Positions 46,782-57,022 of a stretch of DNA of 64,000 nucleotides are shown here, in pieces. The first letter of the stretch is position 1, and the number at the start of each line of letters is the position of its first letter. The stretch is from positions 124,001 to 188,000 of the IMG/VR virus record IMGVR_UViG_3300030085_002431; one strand, 5' to 3'. A program made the translations under genes and the position numbers. Below the pieces are notes generated by a model. The model searched no databases, was not told the origin of the DNA, and saw nothing but the letters and a program-made list of their open reading frames with translations.

Positions 46782-47036
46782 ATGCAAAACAACATAAAGG
46801 ATGCTATTAAAGATAAGTTTCTATGTCCTCAACGGTTTGCACAGGACATCGAATATATTGTGAAGACATCTAAAATCACTTACATTGATGCTATCATCAC
46901 GTATTGTGAAGAAAAGAATATTGAGATTGAAACTGTACCTAAGTTAATTTCCAAACCACTAAAAGAAAAACTTAAGTGCGAAGCAATTCAACTCAACTTC
47001 CTGAAGAAAACTAGTAGAGCAACTTTGAAATTTTGA
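46782..47036 (+). CDS. 33: Late transcription co-activator gp33
   Basis: YIDAI..YCEE..IEIE...LKEKL..EA..LNFL. Confidence 0.88.
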   Translation: MQNNIKDAIKDKFLCPQRFAQDIEYIVKTSKITYIDAIITYCEEKNIEIETVPKLISKPLKEKLKCEAIQLNFLKKTSRATLKF

Positions 47037-47629
47037 AAGTGACACCTTTTGATTGCTACAAAACTTATCTTGCTATAAAGAATCACTTTACCAAACCCAA
47101 CTACGATTACTTCAAGTATTGTGGTAGGTCTAGAGCATCTGTTCAGTCCTTTCATAAACGGAAGGACCGATACTTTTTTGAGAAGATGTCTCGTCAAAAG
47201 AGTGATGATGAAATCAAGGCATATTTTGTTGCCAACTTTATACAATGCACCGACCCCAGTAAACTATGGATTGGGGAAATAATTGCCAGTGGTGAAGAAA
47301 ATTATACTAATTGGCAAAAACGAATTCAAAGCCTCACTTACATGTTTAAGACAGAGAGTGAGGTTTTTTTGTCTGGTAATTTTGACTCTATGTTTGAGTG
47401 TAAAAAGAATCAACACCCAGACATACTCAAAAAGCATTTGCAGAATGCAATTACTATAGAGACAATGGTTATCCTAGATATTATTCTTGGATATACAAAG
47501 AGGTTTGATAAAAAAATGGAGTCAGACCCTGTGTGGGAAACCGTAAGTACAAAGATAAAAAAGTACAAACCTTTCCTAAATATTAATGAGAACAAATGTA
47601 AGCAAATCTTAAAAGAAATCGTGTTATGA
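47033..47629 (+). CDS. 59: Helicase loader gp59
   Basis: YLAIKNHF...YDYFKY...KRKDRYFFEK. Confidence 0.92.
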   Translation: MKVTPFDCYKTYLAIKNHFTKPNYDYFKYCGRSRASVQSFHKRKDRYFFEKMSRQKSDDEIKAYFVANFIQCTDPSKLWIGEIIASGEENYTNWQKRIQSLTYMFKTESEVFLSGNFDSMFECKKNQHPDILKKHLQNAITIETMVILDIILGYTKRFDKKMESDPVWETVSTKIKKYKPFLNINENKCKQILKEIVL

Positions 47630-47961
47630 GTGGAGAATTTTTCGATTCCGAAGTGGTAAGAGAATCCGTAGCGGAACTCGACAAACTTCAAAAAGAACTC
47701 TTTGAGTCTGTTATGACACTTCCTTTTGCTGAGGAAGATGCAAAACGTGAACAACTAGATTTGATGAGAGAGTTTCTAGAGAAACAAAAAGTCTTCATCT
47801 TCAGGTTGTCTTTATCAGATGACCCAGAAGCAGTTGAAATGAAAGAACGAATTCTTGAATCTGCTCAATTATTTGGTCTCAAGGAGGGTCAAGGTATTAA
47901 TGAGTTCTTTGATCTCATGCAGTCTCAAATAGACTATCTTGAGAGCACCCTTGACGACTGA
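47626..47961 (+). CDS. DUF1825-like protein
   Basis: FFDSEVV...RLSLSDDPEA. Confidence 0.75.
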   Translation: MSGEFFDSEVVRESVAELDKLQKELFESVMTLPFAEEDAKREQLDLMREFLEKQKVFIFRLSLSDDPEAVEMKERILESAQLFGLKEGQGINEFFDLMQSQIDYLESTLDD

Positions 47962-47980
47962 CCCCCAAACCTGCTATACT
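47951..47980 (+). promoter_or_regulatory. sigma70 promoter for gp32
   Basis: TTGACG-18-TATACT. Confidence 0.65.
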
Positions 47981-48032
47981 TAGTAGGTCAATACGACACA
48001 CACATCTAATACAATCAATACGGAGAATACGA

Positions 48033-48989
48033 ATGGGTTTTGCTGACCTCAAAAAACAATCCCGCATGGGTAGCCTCACCGAGAAACTGGTGAAGCAAGT
48101 AGAAAAAATGAATTCTAACGGTTCTAACAAAGATGATGACCGTTTCTGGAAACCTGTCATGGATAAGAGCGGAGTTGGTTCCGCAGTGATTCGTTTCCTG
48201 CCCGCACCAGAAGGTAGTGAACTGCCTTGGGTACAAGTCTGGTCTCATGCTTTCCAAGGACCTGGTGGTTGGTTGATTGACAACTGCCTCACCACTGTCG
48301 GTGGAACCTGTCCTGTTTGCGAAAAGAACCGTGTTCTTTGGAACTCTGGTAGTGATGCAGATAAGGAAGAAGCACGTAAGCAAAAGCGTAAACTGTCTTA
48401 CTACGCAAACATCTATGTTGTAAAAGACCCTGCCAATCCTCAGAACGAAGGTAAAGTCTTCCTCTATAAGTTTGGTAAGAAAATCTTTGATAAGATTATG
48501 GGTGCTATGCAACCTGAGTTTGATGATGATGAACCCATCAACCCCTTCGACTTCTGGGAGGGTGCTAACTTCAAACTGAAACTGAAGAAGGTTGCAGGTT
48601 ACTGGAACTATGATTCTTCGGAGTTCGCACGTCCATCTGCACTGCTTGATGGTGATGATGATGAACTGGAAAGTCTCTACAACGACCTGCATGACTTGCA
48701 AGCATTCGTTGCTCCCTCTGAGTTCAAGTCATATGAAGACCTGAAGAAGCGTCTTGACTTCACTCTCGGTCTTCGTGGTACACCTAAGATGCAAGACCAG
48801 GAGACCGTTGAAGAAGAAGCACAGTGGGAACGGGAACGTCGTGGTGACTTCTCTGAGAGCACTGCTGCTGCCCCCTCAATGCCCTCTGCTGACTTCAACT
48901 CCCCAGACATCACCCCAAGTCCTTCGTCCTCCAGTGACGAGGATGAGGATGACGCACTGAGTTACTTCCAGAAGCTTGCTGAGTCCTGA
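48033..48989 (+). CDS. 32: Single-stranded DNA-binding protein gp32
   Basis: AVIRFLP, HAFQ...NC...CPVC, NEGKVF, acidic tail. Confidence 0.97.
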   Translation: MGFADLKKQSRMGSLTEKLVKQVEKMNSNGSNKDDDRFWKPVMDKSGVGSAVIRFLPAPEGSELPWVQVWSHAFQGPGGWLIDNCLTTVGGTCPVCEKNRVLWNSGSDADKEEARKQKRKLSYYANIYVVKDPANPQNEGKVFLYKFGKKIFDKIMGAMQPEFDDDEPINPFDFWEGANFKLKLKKVAGYWNYDSSEFARPSALLDGDDDELESLYNDLHDLQAFVAPSEFKSYEDLKKRLDFTLGLRGTPKMQDQETVEEEAQWERERRGDFSESTAAAPSMPSADFNSPDITPSPSSSSDEDEDDALSYFQKLAES

Positions 48990-49029
48990 TTCTAAAATCG
49001 ACCTTTAATTACAAAAAAGGTCCAAAAAA

Positions 49030-49073
49030 TTTGCCCCCAAATTTTTGCTCTGTCAGGATTTGGGGGTTTTTTG
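49030..49073. terminator. Hairpin between convergent genes
   Basis: CCCCCAAAT...ATTTGGGGG-T6. Confidence 0.6.
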
Positions 49074-49370
49074 CTACTTACTTGTTCTTGGGTTGTATGC
49101 TCGTTTCGTATTAGAATCTAAGAATTGTGAAGACCTACTATATTTCATCATATCTCTGATATCAGTCTCAACAAGACTTATAAACTCTGGATTTAAAATC
49201 TGAATACTTCTCTTTTTTTCATTTTCTTTCACTTCGTAATCATAATTTGACACAGGAGTATTCACATTCTTAATTGTTTGGACAGTATTATTGGTATCTA
49301 AGAATTCTAGAATCTGAGCATCAGACTCAATAAAAACTTTCATACCTGGACGTGGAAAACTAGAAGTCAT
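49074..49370 (-). CDS. gp53-like C-terminal part
   Basis: VSNYDYEVKENEKKRSIQILNP. Confidence 0.75.
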   Translation of the reverse strand: MTSSFPRPGMKVFIESDAQILEFLDTNNTVQTIKNVNTPVSNYDYEVKENEKKRSIQILNPEFISLVETDIRDMMKYSRSSQFLDSNTKRAYNPRTSK

Positions 49371-50218
49371 GCTGGAAGCTCGTTAGTAAAGTTAAAAGTT
49401 GGTTGAACTACACCTTTTTCGTCTAATGTACCTGTAATTTCAAAAAGTCTTTCTGGTACTTTTACTTTATTATCTAATATTACGTCTTCAACCGTAATTG
49501 AAAACTCACTACCATCTCTTAAACCTACTGCAAGAGTTCCACCCCATCCAGAAGGCCAGTTTGATAAACTATTTAACACATTAATATCAGTATGACCTTC
49601 ACCATCAGGACTTAGCACTTTTAATTTTGATACATTCGTTTGAATATCAGTGATATTATAAAATGCTCTTAAATCTCTACCAATTATTTCAATTCTTTGA
49701 TTCATATTAATAGAAATAATCGTATTTCCCTTTGAACTTGGAAATTCGTTTAATCTATAACTGTTTGTAGTCGTGTTTGTTTCAATAACTTGTGATTTTG
49801 GAGGGTCAATTTGAACTCCCTCTTTAATAATTAGTCTGTCATGCTCATCTCTGTATTCTTTAGTTTCATAATGATGAATTTCACTGAGTTTTTCTTCAGA
49901 ACCATACTTATCTAGCATGTATCTGTAAAGGGATTCATTATCTAATGGCCATTCATTATTAACATCAGTGATGTTATTGACCAAGAGGATAATCCACTCA
50001 TTTTCTGGTGTTCCATAAAATTTATTGGAGATTTGATCTGGTCTCTCATTATCTCTTATCTCATATTGAGTAAATGCCGTAACTGAGTTGTTAATGTCAT
50101 CTCTTAAAACGGGTCTTCTAAAAATATTTTTTGCCAGACTAAACTCATCAATGTTTCTTTTATTTTTAAAAGAAGCACTATACTGTAAGTTTGGTAACTC
50201 TCTAAAATAAAATCCCAT
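49367..50218 (-). CDS. 53: Baseplate wedge gp53-like N-terminal part plus extra domain
   Basis: YFRELPN, ERPD..S..FYG, EWPL, IHHYET. Confidence 0.85.
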   Translation of the reverse strand: MGFYFRELPNLQYSASFKNKRNIDEFSLAKNIFRRPVLRDDINNSVTAFTQYEIRDNERPDQISNKFYGTPENEWIILLVNNITDVNNEWPLDNESLYRYMLDKYGSEEKLSEIHHYETKEYRDEHDRLIIKEGVQIDPPKSQVIETNTTTNSYRLNEFPSSKGNTIISINMNQRIEIIGRDLRAFYNITDIQTNVSKLKVLSPDGEGHTDINVLNSLSNWPSGWGGTLAVGLRDGSEFSITVEDVILDNKVKVPERLFEITGTLDEKGVVQPTFNFTNELPA

Positions 50219-50220
50219 TT

Positions 50221-51825
50221 TTAGTACCCGATTTCGTCATCCATAACTTGTACTCCTGTAGTATCCGTGTTGGCAATTGACTTTCTACTATAATCACTAT
50301 GATATACAGGTTCAAGTTCTTGAAAACTTAATGTCATTGTCATATGTGCTGGTTGTCCATCTTCAAATGATTGGTACATTCCACCAGAACTATAGTCCAT
50401 TGCCATATTCGTCAATGCACACATCTTAAATCTATTTAACCCCTCGATGTGTTCTCCAGTAGGTCCATGAATATATTCTAATTGAAATACATTAGGAGTA
50501 CCAAGGAATAGTGAAGATGACCCAGATGATGCAGCTATCTGTGAATCATCAGCAGATACTCCCTGCGAAGCAATTCTTGCTGCCATACCTTGTTTAAAGA
50601 ATCTTATGATTCTTCTGCATGATAATGCTTCCTCTTTACTTCTTGGTGACAACTTAAATCCAAAGTTAAATTGTCTAAGCACGACATTGTTGAAGAGTAA
50701 TTCCAAATTTTGGTTTGGAATCATTCCATGTCCTCTAGACAAAATTGTTTCTGGTGAAATATCAAATCCTGCTTTTTGTGAAGCCATCGATGCAATTTGT
50801 GCCTGAATTTGTGCTTGTAGAGCATTCTTTTGTGCCTGAGTACCATTACTGTTTGATGCTGCATCATTTAAAATTGAAATCATAGTTGCAAGAGGCATTG
50901 CATTTGCACCAGTAAATGCTTCCACAGCACCACTTACAGCCAATGCACCACCAGTAAAGGCTACATCTTTCATCATTGCTGCCATAACGGCAGCAGACAT
51001 ATTGTTCATTTTTTCTGGACCCCAACTTGCCGAATTGGTATCTGAGATTCCTTCTGGTATAGGAAGTATGACTGGTTTTCCTACTTGTTCCTTTTTGGCA
51101 GTTGTTCTTTGTAGACCTTCTGTAAGAATTTTTCCAGGGGAAGGCATCTGAGTGTTTCCATTTGCATCTTTTGGAAAAATTGCATCTCTATATGGTGCCT
51201 TATAATTATATTGTGTGATTTTTAAATGGTCTTGCAGAGTTTCTAGTATTGTTGATGGATAATAGAGTAATCTGCTTGCTCGTGCAGATTCACCAAATAA
51301 ATCTTGCTCATTAGCACTAGGGAACTGTGCTGCTGATGCTTCTCCCAAGTTTGCTAATGGACCAGTTAAAACTACAGTTGGTGTTTGGTTTGGATTATAT
51401 ACCCCACCATTGGCTGGTGATGGTTGTCCCCTAGTATTAACACTAGGGTGAACAGTATAACCACCAGCATTGCCACCAGCACCTTTATGTGCATTGCTTA
51501 CTTGAGTTTTAACTTTATCTGTTAACTGTGTTGCACCAACAGTTTCTTTCTTTGTGGCTTGGTCAAATAACATTACATCCTGAGTTGCAATCTTATACCA
51601 AGTTCCATTTTTATAAAGGACATCATTCTGCCAAACAACATAGGGTTGTCCAATCAGATTATATCCAACTTCATAATGCTGTACTACATAATCACCAGTG
51701 TCGGGGTCATATCTTGTACCATATTTCCTTTTCCTTGTTCCTAATCCAGGTACATTAATATCTTGCTCATATATTGGATCAGAAGTACCGTCTGGTCTTA
51801 CTTTAGTTATATCTTGTAGTGCCAT
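50221..51825 (-). CDS. 48: Baseplate tail-tube cap gp48
   Basis: ILPIP..ISD, NLELLF...LRQFNF.FKLSPRS..EA, CALT, LSFQELEP. Confidence 0.88.
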   Translation of the reverse strand: MALQDITKVRPDGTSDPIYEQDINVPGLGTRKRKYGTRYDPDTGDYVVQHYEVGYNLIGQPYVVWQNDVLYKNGTWYKIATQDVMLFDQATKKETVGATQLTDKVKTQVSNAHKGAGGNAGGYTVHPSVNTRGQPSPANGGVYNPNQTPTVVLTGPLANLGEASAAQFPSANEQDLFGESARASRLLYYPSTILETLQDHLKITQYNYKAPYRDAIFPKDANGNTQMPSPGKILTEGLQRTTAKKEQVGKPVILPIPEGISDTNSASWGPEKMNNMSAAVMAAMMKDVAFTGGALAVSGAVEAFTGANAMPLATMISILNDAASNSNGTQAQKNALQAQIQAQIASMASQKAGFDISPETILSRGHGMIPNQNLELLFNNVVLRQFNFGFKLSPRSKEEALSCRRIIRFFKQGMAARIASQGVSADDSQIAASSGSSSLFLGTPNVFQLEYIHGPTGEHIEGLNRFKMCALTNMAMDYSSGGMYQSFEDGQPAHMTMTLSFQELEPVYHSDYSRKSIANTDTTGVQVMDDEIGY

Positions 51826-52337
51826 TATGGTGAATCCCAGACTCTGTATTTCGGAACTTTTTTACCAAGTTTATTAACAAACTGTTCAGTTGGTAATAAT
51901 GAAACGTCAACCCAGTCACCTTGTGGGACTTTAAATAATTCAGTCATAACACCACTAAAGAGATACTTATGTATCGTTTTCTTTGGTGGGTTTGAGATAC
52001 CTGTTTTATTTATGAGGGATCTCACAAATCCTCCTCGATACTGAGGATTTAGGTAATGAACATTAAGTCCCGTGAAATGTCCTGTTCTGGGACTTACATC
52101 AATAATGAAGGATAGTGGATGTCTATCCCAAAATGGGTACTTATCTGGATATTTAGCAGAATAGAGAAAAAATACTAGGTCACCAGGAACAATGAATCTC
52201 GTATCAAATTCATGAATATTTTTGCTCTGTAGTGGTGCTAATTCATTCATTAAGGCATCGGTATACCAATTACCACTTCTGAATTTTTTACCTGCTTTTG
52301 CCAGTACTGCTTCTGCTACACCAAATGATTCAGCCAT
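51825..52337 (-). CDS. 2: DNA end protector gp2-like
   Basis: YSAKY...WDRHPL, GLNVHYL, LLPTEQF. Confidence 0.8.
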   Translation of the reverse strand: MAESFGVAEAVLAKAGKKFRSGNWYTDALMNELAPLQSKNIHEFDTRFIVPGDLVFFLYSAKYPDKYPFWDRHPLSFIIDVSPRTGHFTGLNVHYLNPQYRGGFVRSLINKTGISNPPKKTIHKYLFSGVMTELFKVPQGDWVDVSLLPTEQFVNKLGKKVPKYRVWDSP

Positions 52338-52566
52338 CCTTATCTTTCTTATCAGACTCTGTATAGTTAAAGCTGTAGTCTAATACTGCTCTATATAGGT
52401 TATCTCTTAAAACTTTTAAATGTTCTTGTTCTTCTGCTGGTCTTGCGGGTGAACCAGGCCATGTTCTAATGGTTTCTGATACACAATGGTATAAAAGACG
52501 AACATCTTCATATGGCACTTCTATTGTATAGAAAACCATGTCGTCTTCATTGTGGTCATTAGTCAT
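52330..52566 (-). CDS. Hypothetical protein
   Basis: WPGSPARPAEEQ. Confidence 0.65.
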   Translation of the reverse strand: MTNDHNEDDMVFYTIEVPYEDVRLLYHCVSETIRTWPGSPARPAEEQEHLKVLRDNLYRAVLDYSFNYTESDKKDKDG

Positions 52567-53030
52567 TTTAGAGTAATCCCCAATTCTTTTTCCGTTAAAA
52601 TCCTAAATTCATACTTTCGATCTGCACACCACTCTTTTGCTGCTTTCCATTTTGCTTGGTTAATAGCCCAAGTCTTGACACTGTAAACCCAAGATTTGGT
52701 CCTTCTTTTAGGATTTGGGTCTGGTTCTTTCAGGTCCTTTAATGGTTTGATTTCAACCACCATAACTCGGTTTTTTCCGTTTTTATCTTTGTATTTTACA
52801 AAGAAGTCTGGAAAGTAACGGTGTACTCTATTGTCGATTGGAGAACGGTACGGTATAAAGAACTCTTCAGATTGCCATTGATTCACACTTTCTGTAAGGT
52901 CACAATATCGCATAAATTTAAGTTCATAAGATGACCGATAAACGATATTGGTTGGGTCACCTTTGTATTTCTCTGGTTTTTGCGGTCGGAATTTTCCTTG
53001 CTTATAACCAGAGTCATCTTTATGTGGCAT
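52563..53030 (-). CDS. 4: Head completion nuclease gp4
   Basis: KYKGD...YRSSYE, RYFPDF, EIKP, NQAKW. Confidence 0.93.
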   Translation of the reverse strand: MPHKDDSGYKQGKFRPQKPEKYKGDPTNIVYRSSYELKFMRYCDLTESVNQWQSEEFFIPYRSPIDNRVHRYFPDFFVKYKDKNGKNRVMVVEIKPLKDLKEPDPNPKRRTKSWVYSVKTWAINQAKWKAAKEWCADRKYEFRILTEKELGITLK

Positions 53031-53067
53031 ACATAGTATAGGACAATAATCTCCAAAATATTTATAA

Positions 53068-54045
53068 ATGGCCGACAACCCTCAAGTCCGATTAGAAAAT
53101 CTGCCACAAGCACAAAGAAATTCGAGAGGATTCCCCAGTATTGGACCACTGTATATGAATACAACCACTCCTAGGGGTGGAGAACCATATACAGATGCCA
53201 ATCTTGCAGGGGCAAGAGATGTTTTTGGTGCATTATCGCAGTCATCACAATTTAAAATCTCATTACATTTATCAGCAAATGGTTCTGCTGGTGATGAAAA
53301 CTTGAATGCTTGGTTACAGGCATCTGGATTAACAGTTGATCCAGTTCAGAATGAGTATTATAATTTTTACTGTGCAGAAGCAAGTTTACCTGGTTCTGCA
53401 ATGCAAACAGTAGATATTAAAGGAAACTTTCAGGGCATGACTGAAAGACTTATAACAGAGAGGACGTTTCTTCCAGTTAGTTTTACATTTTATGTTGATA
53501 ATGATTATAGATTAATAAGATTATTTGAAGAGTGGATGAACTATATAAATCCACTTCATGGAAGTGGTGGTGCAGGAACTGGTGGTGCATATTCTCCAAC
53601 TACGATTGGTCATGGAAATGCTAAATTTAGTAATGATATTTCTAGACTAAGATATCCAGATTCATATAGAAGAATTATTTCTATCACAAAGTTTGAACGT
53701 GACTTCAGAGAACAACCACAGAGGTCTGGAGGGAAATTAGGAGATCAGTCATCAATAACATATCGTTTAATTGATGCATTCCCAACACAAATAAGTGGAG
53801 TTCCTTTATCTTATGAAGGAAGCACTATTTCCAAAGTTACTGTGCAGTTTGATTACACTCGTTACGTTTACGAGTTAAATCCAGATAAACGAACTTTCCC
53901 TGCTGGCACAAGACCATCACCAAAAGTAGAGAAACCACCAGTAAACTTACCAAGAAATGCATCTCCTGTAGAAGAATATGGTAATACCAATGGACCAGGG
54001 ACTAGATTTGTACCAAGAGACAGTGCTACAGGAGCTCCTATTTAA
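53068..54045 (+). CDS. Tail tube-like / baseplate-tube junction protein (gp19/gp54 family)
   Basis: C.EASLPG, FTFYVD, FEEWM, AFPT...LSY. Confidence 0.75.
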   Translation: MADNPQVRLENLPQAQRNSRGFPSIGPLYMNTTTPRGGEPYTDANLAGARDVFGALSQSSQFKISLHLSANGSAGDENLNAWLQASGLTVDPVQNEYYNFYCAEASLPGSAMQTVDIKGNFQGMTERLITERTFLPVSFTFYVDNDYRLIRLFEEWMNYINPLHGSGGAGTGGAYSPTTIGHGNAKFSNDISRLRYPDSYRRIISITKFERDFREQPQRSGGKLGDQSSITYRLIDAFPTQISGVPLSYEGSTISKVTVQFDYTRYVYELNPDKRTFPAGTRPSPKVEKPPVNLPRNASPVEEYGNTNGPGTRFVPRDSATGAPI

Positions 54046-54076
54046 CTGCTAAATAAAATTACTGAGTTGAAATACT

Positions 54077-54805
54077 ATGCCATTACCTAAGATTAGTACC
54101 CCTACTTATGAATTGGAATTACCCTCAAGTGGTAAAAAGGTCAAATACAGACCATTTCTGGTCAAGGAAGAAAAAGTTCTAATCATTGCACTAGAAAGTC
54201 AAGACACAAAACAAATTACTAACGCAATTAAGCAGGTATTGAAGGATTGTGTTTCAACAAGGGGAATTAAAATTGAAGAATTGCCAACTTTTGATATTGA
54301 ATACCTCTTCTTAAATGTAAGAGGTAAGTCAGTAGGTGAAGCAATTGAATTGGTTGTAACTTGTTACGATGATGGTGAAGGAACACAAGTTCCTGTTACT
54401 GTTTATACCGATGAGGTTCAAGTTCAAAAGAATCCAGAGCATAATCAAGATATTAAACTTGATGATTCTCTTGTTCTTAGAATGAAGTATCCATCACTTG
54501 AACAGTTTGTTAAAAATAACTTTGATTTCTCAGAAGAGAGTGAAGATAATATCGAAAAGTCTTTTGATATTATTTCATCATGTATTGAAATGGTTTATAA
54601 TAATGAAGATTCTTGGGCAGCAGCAGACTGCACTAAGAAAGAACTGAAAGATTTTGTTGAGCAACTAAGTTCTAAGCAATTCAAAGAAATTGAAAAGTTT
54701 TTTGAAACCATGCCAAAACTTTCTCATACAATTAATGTGAAAAATCCCAAAACTGGTGTTAATAATGAAGTGACGTTGGAGGGACTGACGAGTTTTTTCG
54801 GTTGA
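54077..54805 (+). CDS. 26: Baseplate hub gp26
   Basis: MPLPK, YRPFLVKEEK, FDIEYLFL..RGKSVGE. Confidence 0.93.
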   Translation: MPLPKISTPTYELELPSSGKKVKYRPFLVKEEKVLIIALESQDTKQITNAIKQVLKDCVSTRGIKIEELPTFDIEYLFLNVRGKSVGEAIELVVTCYDDGEGTQVPVTVYTDEVQVQKNPEHNQDIKLDDSLVLRMKYPSLEQFVKNNFDFSEESEDNIEKSFDIISSCIEMVYNNEDSWAAADCTKKELKDFVEQLSSKQFKEIEKFFETMPKLSHTINVKNPKTGVNNEVTLEGLTSFFG

Positions 54806-54996
54806 TAATGTCTCATATGGATCTTGAGGCATATTTTAGAATTAATTTTGCAATGATGCAGTTCCACAAATATTCTTTGACTGAAATCGAAAATATGATT
54901 CCATGGGAAAGAGATATTTACGTTGGAATGTTACAGCAACACATAGAAGATGAGAACTTGAAGGAAAAGCAGAGACAAGCAGCAGCAAATGCCTAG
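54802..54996 (+). CDS. 51: Baseplate hub assembly catalyst gp51
   Basis: HKYSLTEIENMIPWERDIY. Confidence 0.9.
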   Translation: MIMSHMDLEAYFRINFAMMQFHKYSLTEIENMIPWERDIYVGMLQQHIEDENLKEKQRQAAANA

Positions 54997-57022
54997 TTAC
55001 TTCCCAAATAAAAGAAACAGACCACTAGGAGGGGGGATAAATCCCCGTGCTGCTTCAAATCGTGGAGGAAGAAAATATAATTTCAGTGGGAGTATGGACC
55101 CTGCTGAGTACAGCATGATGATGCGAAAGAAAAAGGGTGATGCATTAGCAGACGCATATGGAATGGACCCAGAGCAGTTTGATGCACATATGCGAGATAA
55201 AATTTCTAAAGCAACAAATTTTGTTTCTGGTGGTCGTAAGATAGGTGAAGGAGTAGCTGCATCTGCCAAGAGCAACATTGTTGGTTTTAAACGTTCTGGT
55301 GTTCGTGGTTCCAGGAAAGGATTAGACGCACTAATTAAGACACTTTCTTCTAATATTACGAGCAACGTTGAAAATATACAAAACAATGTCACTAACTTTG
55401 GTAAAGGGAGAGGGGATAATGCAAGAACAATATCCCCATCTACAACAAAAAGAGATGTTACTAATGTAACTAGAGTTGTAAGACCTCAAGTATCAAATTT
55501 AAATAAGACTGTAAACAATGTAAGAAATCAGTCATTTAACACCATCAAGGCATTTAGAACTGCTGGAGAAGGAGATGGTAAAGAAGATACTGGACTGAAA
55601 GGAATAATTGGAAGACTAAAAGATGGTTTTGGGTTACTAAAACTTTTAACTAATAAAGCAACTCAAGAACAATTAAGTAAGTCAATAAAGAATCTTGAGC
55701 AATTTTTCACTGATGCGTATAGAGTTGCATATAGATTAAGAAGCAATCTATTAAAAATATTTAAAGCACTCTCAAAAATCAGAGATAGCAAAGGTGCTGC
55801 TGGTCGTGCTGCTGGTGGGTTAATTGGTGGATTTGGTGCTGGTCTTGGTGCTACTGGACTAGGAGCAATGTTTGCAGGAGGAAAGCAAAAACCGAGAAGA
55901 GCACAACCAAGAAGAAGAGGTAGAGGTAGAGCAGGTTTATTGTTAGGTCTAGGTGCAGGTGCTTTGGGAGCGGGAATGGCAACCAATGCACTAGCAGGTG
56001 AAAGTCCACAAATACAATCTGCGGAAACTGCTCCAGTAATACCTGAGGGATTTATAGATAGATTCCAAGGTATTATAGAAAAATTTGGTGGAATCATTGA
56101 TGGTCTGTTAAATGCTAAACCAAAACCTGCACCTGGTGGAGGTAGTGGTGCATCACCATCACCAACAGCATCTGGATCCAAAGATTCTGTTGCTGGTTCC
56201 ATGTCTTTAGGTGGTGGTGCAGAAACACCAGAAGAACAAGCATGGTTAAAAACTATTAGAGATGCAGAAGGAACTGCAGGAAAAGATGGATATGGAACAG
56301 TATTTGGTGGGGAAGTAGTACCAGAATTAGCAGAAGGCAAAATGACTGTTAATGAGGTCATTCAACTGCAAAAAACTGGTAAAATGCCAGAACGTCTTGG
56401 TGGTAGGCAAGTTAATTTTGGAGAGTATGATGGACGTGTAAGTGGTGCATCTGGTGCATATCAGTTCATGCCTAAAACATTAGAAGGTCTTCTTAGAAAT
56501 ACTGGAACTTCTGGTGATGCTGCATTTACACCAAAGATGCAAGACCAATTTGCTCTTGAGTTGCTTAGAGGTAGGGGTATAGACCCCACAAAGGCAGCAA
56601 CTATCGAGGGTATGAATAAGGCACAGGTCGAATGGGCTGGTCTTGGAACACATCATGGTCAGACAAAAAGGACAACAGCAGAATCACTCAGAATGTATAA
56701 TACATATCTGAACAACTCTGGTGTCCATACACCAGTTACACCACCACCTGCTATTGACCCTGCGGGAGATCAGTCCTCAGCAAGAACAATGCAATCAAGG
56801 TCTATTGCTAGAACTGCTGCATCACAGAGGCAAACAAATGGACCTTCAATAGTTCCTATCAGCATAGGTTCAGGGACACAAAGTCCTGCCCCAGCACAAA
56901 GTTCTCAACAAGTTGATACTTCACCTCCAGTAAAGGCACCATCAATACCTTCTTTACCTGCTGGTGATAGTGATAATTTCTTTGCTATGGCATCAAAACT
57001 AGCATATAACATTGTTGAATGA
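54989..57022 (+). CDS. Tape-measure/hub-like protein with lambda-type lysozyme domain
   Basis: IRDAEGT...YGTVFGG...ASGAYQF...QD..A...EWAGL. Confidence 0.8.
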   Translation: MPSYFPNKRNRPLGGGINPRAASNRGGRKYNFSGSMDPAEYSMMMRKKKGDALADAYGMDPEQFDAHMRDKISKATNFVSGGRKIGEGVAASAKSNIVGFKRSGVRGSRKGLDALIKTLSSNITSNVENIQNNVTNFGKGRGDNARTISPSTTKRDVTNVTRVVRPQVSNLNKTVNNVRNQSFNTIKAFRTAGEGDGKEDTGLKGIIGRLKDGFGLLKLLTNKATQEQLSKSIKNLEQFFTDAYRVAYRLRSNLLKIFKALSKIRDSKGAAGRAAGGLIGGFGAGLGATGLGAMFAGGKQKPRRAQPRRRGRGRAGLLLGLGAGALGAGMATNALAGESPQIQSAETAPVIPEGFIDRFQGIIEKFGGIIDGLLNAKPKPAPGGGSGASPSPTASGSKDSVAGSMSLGGGAETPEEQAWLKTIRDAEGTAGKDGYGTVFGGEVVPELAEGKMTVNEVIQLQKTGKMPERLGGRQVNFGEYDGRVSGASGAYQFMPKTLEGLLRNTGTSGDAAFTPKMQDQFALELLRGRGIDPTKAATIEGMNKAQVEWAGLGTHHGQTKRTTAESLRMYNTYLNNSGVHTPVTPPPAIDPAGDQSSARTMQSRSIARTAASQRQTNGPSIVPISIGSGTQSPAPAQSSQQVDTSPPVKAPSIPSLPAGDSDNFFAMASKLAYNIVE

